The notes: generated from the letters alone by a model not told the origin. DNA of 64,000 nt from an uncultured candidate division Zixibacteria bacterium (GCA_963702205.1 OY969724.1:1888001-1952000); one strand, 5' to 3'; shown: positions 22,053 to 33,261, numbered from the stretch's first letter. Program-made: numbers and translations.

Positions 22053-22751
22053 ATGAAGAAGCTCGGCGCCCCCATAATTGTTCTGATGATACTGGCCGTA
22101 AGTCATATCGTGACAGGATGTTCTCCGGCGCATCGTAAAATAAAAGTTTCGGCCCCGGAGCAGTCTGCATTCGTACTCAACCCCGGCGCGGGCGACGCCT
22201 ATCTGTTCGATGTCAAAATAAACGACCACGGACGGAAACGTTCGACCCGACTCGATATTTACGTGAAACCAGATACGCTGGCCATGTTCGCGCGGGTGTA
22301 TCTCGGTAAGGGGGCGCTCAAGGCGCTGATAACCAAAGGCCGGTCTCTCGTCTATTTCCCGACCGAAAATGAATATTTCAGCGGGCAGTTAGGCGATCTT
22401 GTCGACAATAAATGCATCCGCAATATGGAATTCGAACGAATCTTGATAAACCTGTTTTTCAACCGTCCGGTTCAGTTCGATTTTGATTCGACCAATTTTT
22501 ATGTGGTTGTCGAACATGAGTCGCGGGAATCGTGTCGTTACAAGCTGGTCTCGAGGATGTGTGAAAAATCGCTGGAAGTAGAATATGAACTGCGCGATAA
22601 TCGCTATATCCCGGTTTTTCTTGGCTTTGACGCCGATGGCGGCTCGATAAAAATCGACGCCAAAAGGCGCAAACAGAGCCTTAATATAGATATTCCACAA
22701 GAAAAATTTTCCCTGTCTATTCCGGGCGATGCCGCCGCCATCGAACCTTAG
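22053..22751 (+). CDS. hypothetical lipoprotein (possibly LolA/LolB-like fold)
   Basis: Signal peptide with lipobox VTGC; beta-rich. Confidence 0.65.
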   Translation: MKKLGAPIIVLMILAVSHIVTGCSPAHRKIKVSAPEQSAFVLNPGAGDAYLFDVKINDHGRKRSTRLDIYVKPDTLAMFARVYLGKGALKALITKGRSLVYFPTENEYFSGQLGDLVDNKCIRNMEFERILINLFFNRPVQFDFDSTNFYVVVEHESRESCRYKLVSRMCEKSLEVEYELRDNRYIPVFLGFDADGGSIKIDAKRRKQSLNIDIPQEKFSLSIPGDAAAIEP

Positions 22752-22829
22752 GCTTTATTGCCGGTTGACATCGGACTCTCATTAGGTTTATTTTATGGGT
22801 TTATATTAATTTGAAGAGTTTGGAATTAT

Positions 22830-24734
22830 ATGCATTTACTTTGGCGCACATTAGCCTCTCTTAAGCCGTACTGGAAACGGCTGGTCGTGGCATCATCATC
22901 GGCCGCCATGCACGCCATTCTGGGCGGGCTGTTCGTGTGGATGGCCGGTCCGCTTTTAATGACGCTGTTTGCCGTCAGCGATATCGGTATCCCCGGCATG
23001 ACCGGCGGGACTTCGGCGGAAAACGCCACAACTCAATCTCAGTCGGAGCATCCGGTTGATAAAAATCCGGCCGATTTTGATTTTCTGGTCGAGACCAAGA
23101 ATAATCTCAAAGAGGCGGTGCACAAGTTTGTGACCGGCCCGACCCGCCGCGACACGCTTTTCAATCTGTGTATGCTAATATTTATGATCGGAGTGATTTC
23201 AAACATATTCGGTTACGTTCAGGGCTTTTTCATGGCCTACGTGCAGGAGTCGGTCATACGGGATTTTCGAAACAGGCTATTTGACAAGTACCAGGAGCTG
23301 TCCTTGAGTTTTTTCCATCACCGGCGCACCGGTCATTTGATTTCGCGGGTCACCAACGACGTCGTCGTCCTCAATTCAGCGGTCGATCTGGGCTTTAACA
23401 GCCTCGTGGCCGATTCATTGACCGTAATCCTTCTGGCCGGATTTTTGGTGCTGTTGTCGTGGAAGCTGACGCTTCTGGCTGCGGTCGTGCTGCCGCTGGT
23501 GTTCAGTTTCATCTGGTTTATGGGTAAAAAGCTCAGAAAATATTCGGCCCGGACGCAGGAGAAAATGGCCGACGTCAACGCCGTGCTGGAAGAAACCGTA
23601 ACCAATATCCGGATTGTCAAAGGTTACGCGATGGAGAATTTCGAGAAAGCCAAGTTTTTCAAATCGACCGGCGAGTATTTCAAATCACTGGTGCGCATGG
23701 CCCGCGTCCGCAACCTGGCCAGCCCGGTTAACGATACCTTGATTATCGCGACCGGGATGCTGATTCTCCTGTATGCCGGGACCAGGATTCTCGAGGGCGG
23801 CGGCGAAATGGACGCCGGGGACTTCATGACCTTCATCATCGCCACGTTTGCTTTGATAAAGCCGACCAAGTCGCTTTTGTCGATTCATATCAGAATACAG
23901 GAAGGCATGGCTGCATCGGAGAGGATTTTCAATATTCTCGACGCTCCGGTTACGGTGATCGAACCGCCGAATGCCCGAATAAAAAAAGACTTCAACAAGT
24001 CAATCGTCTACGACAACGTGAGTTTTGCATACACACCGGGCGAACCGGTCCTAAAAAACGTCTCGTTCGAGGTCAAGCGGGGAGAGGTCGTTGCACTGGT
24101 TGGGCCGTCGGGTGCGGGCAAATCGACTTTATTTGATCTGTTGCCTCGATTTTATGACCCCGTCGCGGGCCGGATAATGATCGATGGAGAAGATTTGACG
24201 GAACTGAATCTCGCTTCACTGCGCGGCATGCTGGGTATCGTGACACAGGAGACGTACCTTTTCAATGATACGATTCGTAATAATATCGCCTACGGCATGA
24301 ACGGTCTGCCTCAAACCGAATTGGAGAAAGCCTCGACGGCGGCGCGGGCGCACGATTTTATTTCCGAGTTCGAGGACGGCTATGAAACGCTGGTGGGCAA
24401 TCGCGGGGTCAGGCTGTCGGGCGGGCAGAGGCAGAGAATTGCCATCGCGCGGGCGCTTTTGAAAAATCCGCAGATTTTGATTTTCGACGAAGCCACTTCG
24501 GCGCTCGATACCGAATCCGAGCGGTTAGTGCAGGAAGCCATCGATGGGCTAATGGCCAACCGGACGGTGCTGGTCATCGCGCACCGCCTGTCGACCATAA
24601 AGAATGCCGATCATATTCTGGTCATGGATCGAGGCCAAATTCTGGAGACCGGAACGCATCAGGAACTGATGACAAGCGAGGGGCTGTACCACAGGCTTTA
24701 CATGATGCAGTTCAAGGATCAGGAGAAGCTTTGA
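22830..24734 (+). CDS. msbA: lipid A export ABC transporter, MsbA-like
   Basis: TMD plus NBD: GPSGAGKST, LSGGQRQR, DEATSALD; lies upstream of LPS glycosyltransferases. Confidence 0.82.
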   Translation: MHLLWRTLASLKPYWKRLVVASSSAAMHAILGGLFVWMAGPLLMTLFAVSDIGIPGMTGGTSAENATTQSQSEHPVDKNPADFDFLVETKNNLKEAVHKFVTGPTRRDTLFNLCMLIFMIGVISNIFGYVQGFFMAYVQESVIRDFRNRLFDKYQELSLSFFHHRRTGHLISRVTNDVVVLNSAVDLGFNSLVADSLTVILLAGFLVLLSWKLTLLAAVVLPLVFSFIWFMGKKLRKYSARTQEKMADVNAVLEETVTNIRIVKGYAMENFEKAKFFKSTGEYFKSLVRMARVRNLASPVNDTLIIATGMLILLYAGTRILEGGGEMDAGDFMTFIIATFALIKPTKSLLSIHIRIQEGMAASERIFNILDAPVTVIEPPNARIKKDFNKSIVYDNVSFAYTPGEPVLKNVSFEVKRGEVVALVGPSGAGKSTLFDLLPRFYDPVAGRIMIDGEDLTELNLASLRGMLGIVTQETYLFNDTIRNNIAYGMNGLPQTELEKASTAARAHDFISEFEDGYETLVGNRGVRLSGGQRQRIAIARALLKNPQILIFDEATSALDTESERLVQEAIDGLMANRTVLVIAHRLSTIKNADHILVMDRGQILETGTHQELMTSEGLYHRLYMMQFKDQEKL

Positions 24735-25891
24735 GCAAACTACTTAAAAGACTCAAGCCGCTGGAAATAGGCGGTAAGAAGTTTCTGCTGAAAGTCTTTT
24801 CGGTGATTCTTAATTGCCGAATTCGCGGACAATACGACCCTGCCGTGCGGCAATGGAACAAGGTCCTCCTGATCAGACATGAAAAAATCGGCGACGTTAT
24901 CATAGCTCTGACACTGGTCGATGAAATCAAGAAGCACTTTCCGGACTGCAAAGTGTCTTTTGTGGCCTCGCTGCAAAACGTCGGCGTTGTCCGTCAGGAC
25001 CCGCGTTTCGATAAGATATTCGTTTTCAAGAAATCGTTAAGGGAAGACCTGAGGACGGTGCTGGCGGCTCGTCGCGAAAAGTTCGATTGTGTCATAGACC
25101 TGATCACGCACGATTCCGTGACATCAATGCTCCTGACCCGCTTTTGCGGTCCAGGGGCGGTGAAAGTCGGCATCGGCAAAAGCGATCATCAGGATTACTA
25201 CAGCCTGCACCTGCCCCATCCTCTGCGAAACACCGGCCGCCATATATTGGATTTCCATCTTGACCTGGTCAAGGTTCTTGGTGCGGAGCCGTCACACCCG
25301 GGAAAGTATGTCCCTCTGCATATAAATGATGCCGCCAATAATGAGGCTGCGGAGTTTTATGATTCGCTGAATTTAACTGACGGACTGAAAATTGGTTTGA
25401 ACATATCCTCCGGCGAACAGACCCGCAACTGGGGCGCCAATAATTTCGCCGTCCTCGCCGAAAGACTGCTTGAACGAACAGGAAATTCAGAGCTGATTAT
25501 AATTACGGCACCACACGAGTACGATCTGGGTCTCAAGATAAAAAACGCTCATAGTCGCCGGGTCCATATAATTCCACGCGGTTTGGATTTGATTGCCGTC
25601 GCTGCCATTGTCAGGGGTCTGGATATACTCGTATCCCCGGATACATCATTGGTGCACGTCGCCGGGGCCTTTAACGTGCCGGTAGTGGCTTTGTACCGAC
25701 GATTCATGGATGAGTACAAGTTTTGGCGGCCTCCGCATCAAAAGACGGGAACGGTACTGTCGGAAAATGAAATGGACGTGTTTGACATCACCGTCGAGCG
25801 GGTATTGGATGAGATCCTTCGGGTAATGGATGAATTCAATCTGGTGGGGCAGGCGCCGAGCCCGGTGACAGACAGAGCGTTGGAAGAATGA
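24731..25891 (+). CDS. glycosyltransferase family 9 (heptosyltransferase-like)
   Basis: IRHEKIGD, SPDTSLVHVA; TTG start overlaps msbA stop. Confidence 0.88.
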   Translation: MSKLLKRLKPLEIGGKKFLLKVFSVILNCRIRGQYDPAVRQWNKVLLIRHEKIGDVIIALTLVDEIKKHFPDCKVSFVASLQNVGVVRQDPRFDKIFVFKKSLREDLRTVLAARREKFDCVIDLITHDSVTSMLLTRFCGPGAVKVGIGKSDHQDYYSLHLPHPLRNTGRHILDFHLDLVKVLGAEPSHPGKYVPLHINDAANNEAAEFYDSLNLTDGLKIGLNISSGEQTRNWGANNFAVLAERLLERTGNSELIIITAPHEYDLGLKIKNAHSRRVHIIPRGLDLIAVAAIVRGLDILVSPDTSLVHVAGAFNVPVVALYRRFMDEYKFWRPPHQKTGTVLSENEMDVFDITVERVLDEILRVMDEFNLVGQAPSPVTDRALEE

Positions 25892-25920
25892 ATCTTATAA
25901 AGGCGAAAGTTTGCGTTTGA

Positions 25921-27066
25921 ATGAAGTCGCTGTTGAAAAAATTGAAACCGGTTGAAGTCAAATTAAAATACGCCCTGGTCGGCGTGTTGTCGTATGTCCT
26001 GAAGCGATCGGTAAAAAAAGTCGGCAAGCCGGATTTTACGCGGCCACTTAAGGTTCTCTTTATCCGGCATGAAAGAATCGGCGATAATTTTATTGCCTTT
26101 CCGGTGGTTGATATACTGAAAAAAAGATACCCGAATTGGAATATTTCATGGCTGACGTCACCCCGGAGTTTTGATCTTGTCTCTGAAGACCCCCGCTTCT
26201 CGGAAGTGTACCTGTATTCGAAAAATATGATCCGAGACAGGAAACTGATACGCCGTGTAAGAAAACAAAAATACGATATAGCCGTTGACCTGATAAATAG
26301 CGATTCGGTTTCGGCCGTGATGTTGACACACCTGCTGGCGCCTAAAGCTTACAAAATAGGGATGGGTAAGGCCAGGAACGCCGAGTATTATCATGTCAAC
26401 TCGGCGCACCCGTTCCATTATTCGAACCGTCATATTCTGGAAACCACTCTTGACCTTGTACGTTATATGGGGGTGGAGCCCGCGGAGGCCGACCGCTTTT
26501 GTCCCCCGTATATAAGTGATACCAAAAAACGCAATGTCACTGAGTTCCTGAATGGCGTGAAATCAGGCGATGACGGCTGGCCTCTGGTTGGGGTCAATAT
26601 CTGTTCCGGAGAACCGACTCGCGAATGGGGTGCGGATAAATTCGGTCGGGTGATCGCCACCTTACTCGATAAGTACCCTGCCCCACGGTTCATTGTGATA
26701 GCCGACCCGAGTTCCTATGATATGGGCATTAAATTGGCGGCATCTTTCGGCGACCGGGTTTATATCCCTCCGAAACCGATGGATATATGCACGGTCGCGG
26801 AACTGATTTCACGATTGAACCTGCTGATAACCGGTGATACCTCGCTTTTGCATTTTGCCCGATCTTATCGTATACCGGTCGTCGGTTTGTATCTTTATCA
26901 CAAACTCGACGTCTGGTTTCCGTACGCTCAACGGTCGGGAATGATATGTTCTGATTCGGAAAAACATCTGTTCAACATTACGGTCGATGAAGTTCTTGAT
27001 AAGGTTTATGAAATCGGCGAAAAATACAAAGTACCGGGATTGGGAACATGCCCGACTCACACCTGA
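25921..27066 (+). CDS. glycosyltransferase family 9
   Basis: IRHERIGD, TGDTSLLHFA. Confidence 0.88.
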   Translation: MKSLLKKLKPVEVKLKYALVGVLSYVLKRSVKKVGKPDFTRPLKVLFIRHERIGDNFIAFPVVDILKKRYPNWNISWLTSPRSFDLVSEDPRFSEVYLYSKNMIRDRKLIRRVRKQKYDIAVDLINSDSVSAVMLTHLLAPKAYKIGMGKARNAEYYHVNSAHPFHYSNRHILETTLDLVRYMGVEPAEADRFCPPYISDTKKRNVTEFLNGVKSGDDGWPLVGVNICSGEPTREWGADKFGRVIATLLDKYPAPRFIVIADPSSYDMGIKLAASFGDRVYIPPKPMDICTVAELISRLNLLITGDTSLLHFARSYRIPVVGLYLYHKLDVWFPYAQRSGMICSDSEKHLFNITVDEVLDKVYEIGEKYKVPGLGTCPTHT

Positions 27067-28157
27067 AACGTCTCGAATTCAAAATAAAGGCCGCTTACCT
27101 TAAGTTGTTCGGTTTGTTTTTCGGCAGGGCAAACCGCGAGGGTGCTGCGTTAGATCCGGACAATATAAAGAAGGTGCTGTTTATACGTCCCGATCGCCTC
27201 GGTGATACGATTTGTTCCCTGCCTCTGATCGATGCGGTTAAAAAATATATCCCCGGCGTCAAAATCGGAATTATCGGTTCCGACCGAAACCGAGTCCTGC
27301 TCGACAACGACACGCGCTTCGATGAAATATATATATATCACCGCAATATTTGGAAAGATATACGTATGGCCCTGAAAGTCCGCCGACAGAAGTACGATTG
27401 CCTGATCGATCTTATGGCCGACGACAGTGCCACGTCGCTTTCGCTGGTGCAGGTTTGCTCGGGCGGCGGGATAAAAATCGGGGTCGGGAAGAGAAAGCAG
27501 GCCGAGTACTATGACTATAATGTCGATTATGACAAAGGCGGACCGGACCATATAATAGATATCTATCTGAGCGTCTTAAAGGCATTCGGAATTGACCCGT
27601 CTGGAAGTAATAGATGTGCCCCGCCATACATACCGGACTCAGCAAACGAAAAAGCCGACAACTTTCTGTCTTCGCTGCCGGAGGCAGAGCTTACCATTGG
27701 CTTTAACCTCTCCGTACGTCTGAGCAATCGTATCTGGGGCCATGAGAAATCGTGTAGACTTATCGAGATGATATTGCGCGATTTTCCCAACGTGCGCATT
27801 ATCATCATGACCGCTCCGGCCGATCGTGCCAGAGGCGTTGCTATACAGGCCCGGTTCGATGAAAGGGTATATCAAGTCCCGGAAGAATTGAGTTTCCTCG
27901 ACGCCTGCGCCGTTATCTCACGGCTCGATATGCTGATTACGGCCGACACTTCGGTTGTGCACGCCGCGCGTTCATTCCAAGTCCCGGTGCTGGGCATGTA
28001 CCCTGAATTCGCCGGGATATACAAACAGTGGTACCCGTACGGTCAAAAAGACGGCCTGGTGCTATCCAAGGGCGGCGATGATATATTCGGTATTGAGCCC
28101 GAGCAGGCCTTTGAGACCTTTGTCTCGCTGATGAATACTATCAAGGTGAAAGCCTGA
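27048..28157 (+). CDS. glycosyltransferase family 9
   Basis: IRPDRLGD, TADTSVVHAA. Confidence 0.88.
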   Translation: MPDSHLKRLEFKIKAAYLKLFGLFFGRANREGAALDPDNIKKVLFIRPDRLGDTICSLPLIDAVKKYIPGVKIGIIGSDRNRVLLDNDTRFDEIYIYHRNIWKDIRMALKVRRQKYDCLIDLMADDSATSLSLVQVCSGGGIKIGVGKRKQAEYYDYNVDYDKGGPDHIIDIYLSVLKAFGIDPSGSNRCAPPYIPDSANEKADNFLSSLPEAELTIGFNLSVRLSNRIWGHEKSCRLIEMILRDFPNVRIIIMTAPADRARGVAIQARFDERVYQVPEELSFLDACAVISRLDMLITADTSVVHAARSFQVPVLGMYPEFAGIYKQWYPYGQKDGLVLSKGGDDIFGIEPEQAFETFVSLMNTIKVKA

Positions 28158-28158
28158 T

Positions 28159-28917
28159 ATGAAAATATCCGCCGTCATAATCACGATGAACGAAGAGCAC
28201 AACATCGCGCGCTGTCTGAAAGCGTTGTCGTGGGTCGATGAAATTATAGTAGTCGATACCGCTTCGACCGATAGTACAACCGTGATTGCGGAGCGGATGG
28301 GTGCAAAAGTCCATTCGATACAATGGCAAGGCTACGGCCCGACCAAGCAGTATGCGATAGACCAGGCCGCCGGCGACTGGATACTGTCGGTCGACGCCGA
28401 TGAGATCGTAACCCCCGACCTGGCCGAAGAAATCCGCATCGCCACGGACGACCCGAACGCCGCCGATGGCTACGAGCTGGCGCGCCTGACCAATTTTATC
28501 GGTCGCTGGGTCTATCATTCGCAGTGGTATCCGGATTATGTCCTGCGTCTGTTTCGACGGGGCAGGGGTCGGTTCACCGAGGCTCTGGTGCACGAGAAGT
28601 TAATCGTCGACGGACCGACGGCGCGTTTGAAATCGCCCCTGCTGCACTTTTCGTATCCCAACCTGGCGTCGTACTTTCACAAAACCGCCAAGTACAATGA
28701 TCTGGGCGGAAAAGATTCGGTGCGTCGCGGAAAGTCGGCCGGTTCGGTGTCACTTATTTTCAGACCGATCGCGACTTTCTACCGGCATTTTGTGTTCCAC
28801 CTCGGTTTTCTCGACGGATGGTCCGGATTTTTTATAGGAATTCTTTCGGCTCATCGTAATTATTGCAAGTATTCGCACCTTAGAAAACTCGATGTGACCG
28901 ATAAAGGGCGACCGTAA
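28159..28917 (+). CDS. glycosyltransferase family 2 (WaaE/KdtX-like)
   Basis: ITMNEE, VDTASTD, VDADE, YPDYVLRLF, VHE, GFLDG. Confidence 0.9.
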   Translation: MKISAVIITMNEEHNIARCLKALSWVDEIIVVDTASTDSTTVIAERMGAKVHSIQWQGYGPTKQYAIDQAAGDWILSVDADEIVTPDLAEEIRIATDDPNAADGYELARLTNFIGRWVYHSQWYPDYVLRLFRRGRGRFTEALVHEKLIVDGPTARLKSPLLHFSYPNLASYFHKTAKYNDLGGKDSVRRGKSAGSVSLIFRPIATFYRHFVFHLGFLDGWSGFFIGILSAHRNYCKYSHLRKLDVTDKGRP

Positions 28918-28986
28918 GCACGGCCGCATATAGATTATTCCGTTAGTATTGGTTGCTTCAGAAAAATAAAGTTATATACTTGGCCT

Positions 28987-31143
28987 ATGGCAATGCTTAA
29001 CCTGGCAGAATTTATTATTCGCGTTGAGGCTTTCAACGCCAATATAAATATCACGCTGATCCGTCGAGCCTATGAGTTTTCCGAAAAAGCTCACGCCGGA
29101 CAAATTCGCGAATCGGGCGAACCGTTTTCGGTACACTGTCTCAACGTCGCTTTAATTTTGGCCGAACTTCATCTGGATTCGACCACTATCGCCGCCGGGT
29201 TACTCCACGACGTGGTCGAAGACACCGATATCGGGCTGGACAAAGTCAAAGAAGCTTTCGACGAAGAACTGGCCGGACTGGTGGATGGTGTCACCAAACT
29301 GGGGACGGTGGAGTTTAAGTCGGTTCAAGAGCAGCAGATTGAGTATTTTCGCAAAATGCTTTTGTCTATGGCCCGTGACATCCGGGTTATTTTGATAAAG
29401 CTGGCCGACCGTCTGCATAACATGCGGACTCTGGAATATCTGCCACCGGCCAAACGGATGCGCATCGCGACCGAAACGCGCGAGGTCTACGCTCCGCTGG
29501 CGCACCGTTTCGGAATCGCGCGCGTCAAGACCGAGCTTGAGGATCTGTCTCTGAAATTTCTCAAGCCCGACGTCTATTCCGATCTGGCCAAGAAGATCGA
29601 AATGTCGCGCGAAGAACGCATGGACTATATCAACCGCGTGGAAGAGCCGATCAAAAAAGTTCTTCAGGAAGCCGGCATAAAAGCCATCGTGCAGGGCCGC
29701 CCGAAGCATATCGACTCGGTCTACCGTAAGATTCGGTTCCGCAAAGTCCCGTTCGATCAGATAGCAGACCTTCTGGCCATACGGATCATCGTGGGCACCA
29801 AGGCCGAATGTTATCACGCGCTCGGACTGGTGCACGAGCTCTGGCCGCCGGTGGCGCAGAAGTTTGCCGATTACATCGCCAACCCCAAGCCGAATAATTA
29901 TCAGTCGCTGCACACGGCCATTTTCGGGCCCGATAATAAGATTGTCGAAATACAGATTCGAACCCGTGAGATGCACCATATCGCCGAAAACGGTATCGCC
30001 GCCCACTGGCTCTACAAGGAGGGTCGTCAGCAGCTGGATAAAACCGACCGCCAGATGCTCTGGCTCCGCGATATTCTGGAATGGCAAAAAGATATGACCA
30101 ATCCGTCGGAGTTTCTGGAATACCTGAAAATTGACCTCTTCGCCGACGATATTTATGTCTATACCCCGGCCGGTGAATTAAAGCATCTCCCGGCGGGAGC
30201 CACGCCGCTCGATTTCGCGTTCGCCGTGCACACCGAAGTCGGTTTCCATTGCAGCGGCGCGAAAATCAACGGGCGTATCAGCCCGCTTAGTACTATTCTA
30301 CAATCCGGCGACAAAGTCGAAATTATGACCAGCCCGCACCGTCACCCCACGCAGGACTGGCTAAAGATTGCCGGGACGTCCAACGCCCGTTCCAGAATCC
30401 GTCGCTGGTTGAAACAGTCCGGTTACGAGCAGGCCCTGGCGCTCGGCAAAGAACTGCTCGAACGGGAGCTCAAGAAAAATCATTTGAGCGTCCCGGCCGA
30501 CGATGAATTTCTCGAAGTTGCCCAGAAAATGTCGTTCAATTCGGTCGACCAATTGTTTTATTCTCTTGGCAACGGCGATATTTCCGTGCGGCAGGTGATG
30601 ACCCGCATAACACCCGAAAAGGAAAAGGCGGGGTCCGACGGTTCGGTGGTCGAAAAAGTCCTCGAAAAATTCCGAACCGAGCGCGGCATAAAGGTGCAGG
30701 GACTCGACAACATGATGTTTCAGTTCGCGGGGTGCTGCCAGCCTATACCCGGAGAAGAAATTGTCGGATACATAACACGCGGGCGCGGGGTTACCATCCA
30801 CCGGGCCGATTGCAGTATGCTTCAGGAATTGTCGGCCGAGCCGGACCGGTTTATTCCCGTATCGTGGGACGTCGACCGGAACCAGACGTTTGTGGTGCGG
30901 CTGGAACTGAACGTCGAGCCGCGGAAAAATATCCTGGCCGAAATCACGGAATCGATTGCCGACAGCAAAACCAACGTGCGCGGGGCCGATATTAATCTGT
31001 CGGACACCACGTCGGTCGGGACGATCGTGGTCGAGGTCAGCAGCCTCAGCCAGCTCGAACGAGTCCTGAAACGAATCAAAAAAGTTAAAGGAGTTATTTC
31101 CGTCCGTCGTTTTACGGGGGGAGAGCCAGTGCAGGATCAGTAG
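28987..31143 (+). CDS. rel: bifunctional (p)ppGpp synthetase/hydrolase RelA/SpoT
   Basis: LHDVVED, KLADRLHNMRT, YQSLHT, EIQIRT; TGS, CC and ACT domains. Confidence 0.95.
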   Translation: MAMLNLAEFIIRVEAFNANINITLIRRAYEFSEKAHAGQIRESGEPFSVHCLNVALILAELHLDSTTIAAGLLHDVVEDTDIGLDKVKEAFDEELAGLVDGVTKLGTVEFKSVQEQQIEYFRKMLLSMARDIRVILIKLADRLHNMRTLEYLPPAKRMRIATETREVYAPLAHRFGIARVKTELEDLSLKFLKPDVYSDLAKKIEMSREERMDYINRVEEPIKKVLQEAGIKAIVQGRPKHIDSVYRKIRFRKVPFDQIADLLAIRIIVGTKAECYHALGLVHELWPPVAQKFADYIANPKPNNYQSLHTAIFGPDNKIVEIQIRTREMHHIAENGIAAHWLYKEGRQQLDKTDRQMLWLRDILEWQKDMTNPSEFLEYLKIDLFADDIYVYTPAGELKHLPAGATPLDFAFAVHTEVGFHCSGAKINGRISPLSTILQSGDKVEIMTSPHRHPTQDWLKIAGTSNARSRIRRWLKQSGYEQALALGKELLERELKKNHLSVPADDEFLEVAQKMSFNSVDQLFYSLGNGDISVRQVMTRITPEKEKAGSDGSVVEKVLEKFRTERGIKVQGLDNMMFQFAGCCQPIPGEEIVGYITRGRGVTIHRADCSMLQELSAEPDRFIPVSWDVDRNQTFVVRLELNVEPRKNILAEITESIADSKTNVRGADINLSDTTSVGTIVVEVSSLSQLERVLKRIKKVKGVISVRRFTGGEPVQDQ

Positions 31144-31146
31144 AGT

Positions 31147-32610
31147 ATGCTTTCTCGTCGTTTCATAATTCTGTTAATCGCCACGCTTCTTTTTGCGGGA
31201 CAGGTCGTCCTCTATTGGGATTATTCCATCGATGACGCTTATATCACGTACAGATATTCCGAGCACCTGGCCGACGGCCACGGTCTGGTTTTCAATATTG
31301 GTGACAAGCCGATTGAGGCCTATTCCAATGCCTTATGGATGTTCCTGCTTAGTCTTCTTTATCTGGTCGGATTTCCGACCGTACTGACCGCGAAAATTCT
31401 CGGCATTGTTTTCTTTGTCGCCGCCGGGTGGCTGTGGTTCTGGCATTTTCGCAATGACATCTCGAAATATGCCTGGCTGGCCGGGCCGCTGTTTTTACTC
31501 TGTCCTCTGACCGCTTTTTGGGCGGTCAGCGGCCTTGAGTTGGGATTGCACTGCTTTGCCATCGTTCTGGCCGTTATTTTTATTTTGCGCCGGTCCCGCT
31601 GGAGCTGTCTGCCTCTGGCGCTGATTGTCTGGGGACGCCCCGAAGGCTTTATGACGGCTTTTGCCATTGTCGGCGCTGCTATAACCTCGGACATGCTTCA
31701 AAAGAAACTGCGATTTAAGGAATATGTTTGGCCAATCGCCTCGATCGCTTTCGCGATAGCGGCAATAACGATATTGCGCCTGATCGTTTTCGGGCTGCCG
31801 CTTCCGAATACTTTCTATGTCAAGACGGGCAAAATCTCTTTTCATGTCATGGCCATTTACGGCATGGTCGTGCGGTTTATCCCGGTGTTCACTTTGATGC
31901 TTTGGGCCATGTGGGCCGCCGTGAAAAACAGGCTGGCCGACAAAGCGGTTGTTATAGCGTTGGCGGCATTTATTACGCAATTCATAGTATCGAGTCTGGT
32001 CGACCCGGTCATGAATTTCCTGTTCCGGTACCTGGCTCCGTTTATCCTTCTCGCTATTTTTCCGGCTCTGGTTGTTTCGAGTGAGTTTAAGAAGAAATCG
32101 TACCAGGTCCTGGGCCTGGCCGTTATAATTCTGTCGTTGATAAGCCCCGTCAAAAAGATATTCAGGCACATCGACATTGAAAGTGAAATTATCAGCGCGC
32201 AGGAAAAACTTATTGACTGGGCCAACCGGCTGCCCGGGACATACAGCATCTCCCTGACCGATATCGGGCGGATTCCGTATTACACGAAACAGCACTATAT
32301 CGATATATGGGGTCTGGCCAGCGCGAATATCCGTAAGAGGGGCTTCAACCCGCTCGACGAATTTCTGAAATTCCCCGATTATTTCGTGTTTGTCGGTTAT
32401 ATGCAAAACAGAGACCTGGTTAAATTACGCTTTGGGCGCGAAAATCTCATTGCCAATATTCAGGATATGCCGAAAATTTATCCATTGATCGGCTGGGCCT
32501 CACCCGATAGTCTGCCGATCGACAGCTTTGGCTATCATTATTTAATTTTGAAAAAAGACCAGGCGGTTCTCGATTCGATTGTCGCAAATAGTGCTAAAAT
32601 TAAAAAGTAA
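31147..32610 (+). CDS. polytopic membrane protein, putative GT-C glycosyltransferase
   Basis: DDAYITYRYS..L..GHGLVFN, SGLE, RPEG, PNTFYVK; many TM helices. Confidence 0.7.
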   Translation: MLSRRFIILLIATLLFAGQVVLYWDYSIDDAYITYRYSEHLADGHGLVFNIGDKPIEAYSNALWMFLLSLLYLVGFPTVLTAKILGIVFFVAAGWLWFWHFRNDISKYAWLAGPLFLLCPLTAFWAVSGLELGLHCFAIVLAVIFILRRSRWSCLPLALIVWGRPEGFMTAFAIVGAAITSDMLQKKLRFKEYVWPIASIAFAIAAITILRLIVFGLPLPNTFYVKTGKISFHVMAIYGMVVRFIPVFTLMLWAMWAAVKNRLADKAVVIALAAFITQFIVSSLVDPVMNFLFRYLAPFILLAIFPALVVSSEFKKKSYQVLGLAVIILSLISPVKKIFRHIDIESEIISAQEKLIDWANRLPGTYSISLTDIGRIPYYTKQHYIDIWGLASANIRKRGFNPLDEFLKFPDYFVFVGYMQNRDLVKLRFGRENLIANIQDMPKIYPLIGWASPDSLPIDSFGYHYLILKKDQAVLDSIVANSAKIKK

Positions 32611-32628
32611 AAGGGCGTATAACGGTAT

Positions 32629-33261
32629 ATGGAAAACGAACAAAACAAATGTCCCGGATGCGGCGGAGCGCTGAATCCCGGCGATAAGTATTGTCGCGGT
32701 TGCGGCTATTCGATAGAAAAGACCGACGTCCGGACCCTGCCTTTTCAGGCCCTGTCGTTGATGTTTATCGCGGTGACGGCCCTGTTTGGATTTATAGTTT
32801 ATTCAGTGGTGACGGCCAAGCCGGAACCGCAGTTTGTCCACCCGCAGGTCGAGGGGATGGATCCGTCGGCCATGGCCGGGCTTCAGGAATTTATCAAGAC
32901 CCTCCCGACCGACTATGCCGGTCTGGTGGCCCAGGGTAATACCAATATGGATCATGGTCAGTATGCCGAAGCCGTCGTCTGCTACGATCGCGCGCTCGCC
33001 TTGCAGGATTCCAGCGCCGACGTCTATACCGATCTCGGTGCTTGTTACCACGCGCTCGGTGAAATCGATTCGGCTCTGGTTCAGTTCGAGCAGGCCCTGA
33101 GAATTAACCCCAATCACGCGGTGGCCCATTTCAATATCGGCGTCGTTTATCACGCCCTCGGCGATACGGCCAGGACCCGGCAGTACTGGGACCGTTATCT
33201 GGAACTGGAGCCTGATTCTCCTATCGCCGATACATTGAGAGCGATCCTCAAAGCTTTTTAG
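32629..33261 (+). CDS. zinc-ribbon, TM and TPR protein
   Basis: CPGCG...YCRGCG, one TM, about three TPRs. Confidence 0.8.
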   Translation: MENEQNKCPGCGGALNPGDKYCRGCGYSIEKTDVRTLPFQALSLMFIAVTALFGFIVYSVVTAKPEPQFVHPQVEGMDPSAMAGLQEFIKTLPTDYAGLVAQGNTNMDHGQYAEAVVCYDRALALQDSSADVYTDLGACYHALGEIDSALVQFEQALRINPNHAVAHFNIGVVYHALGDTARTRQYWDRYLELEPDSPIADTLRAILKAF

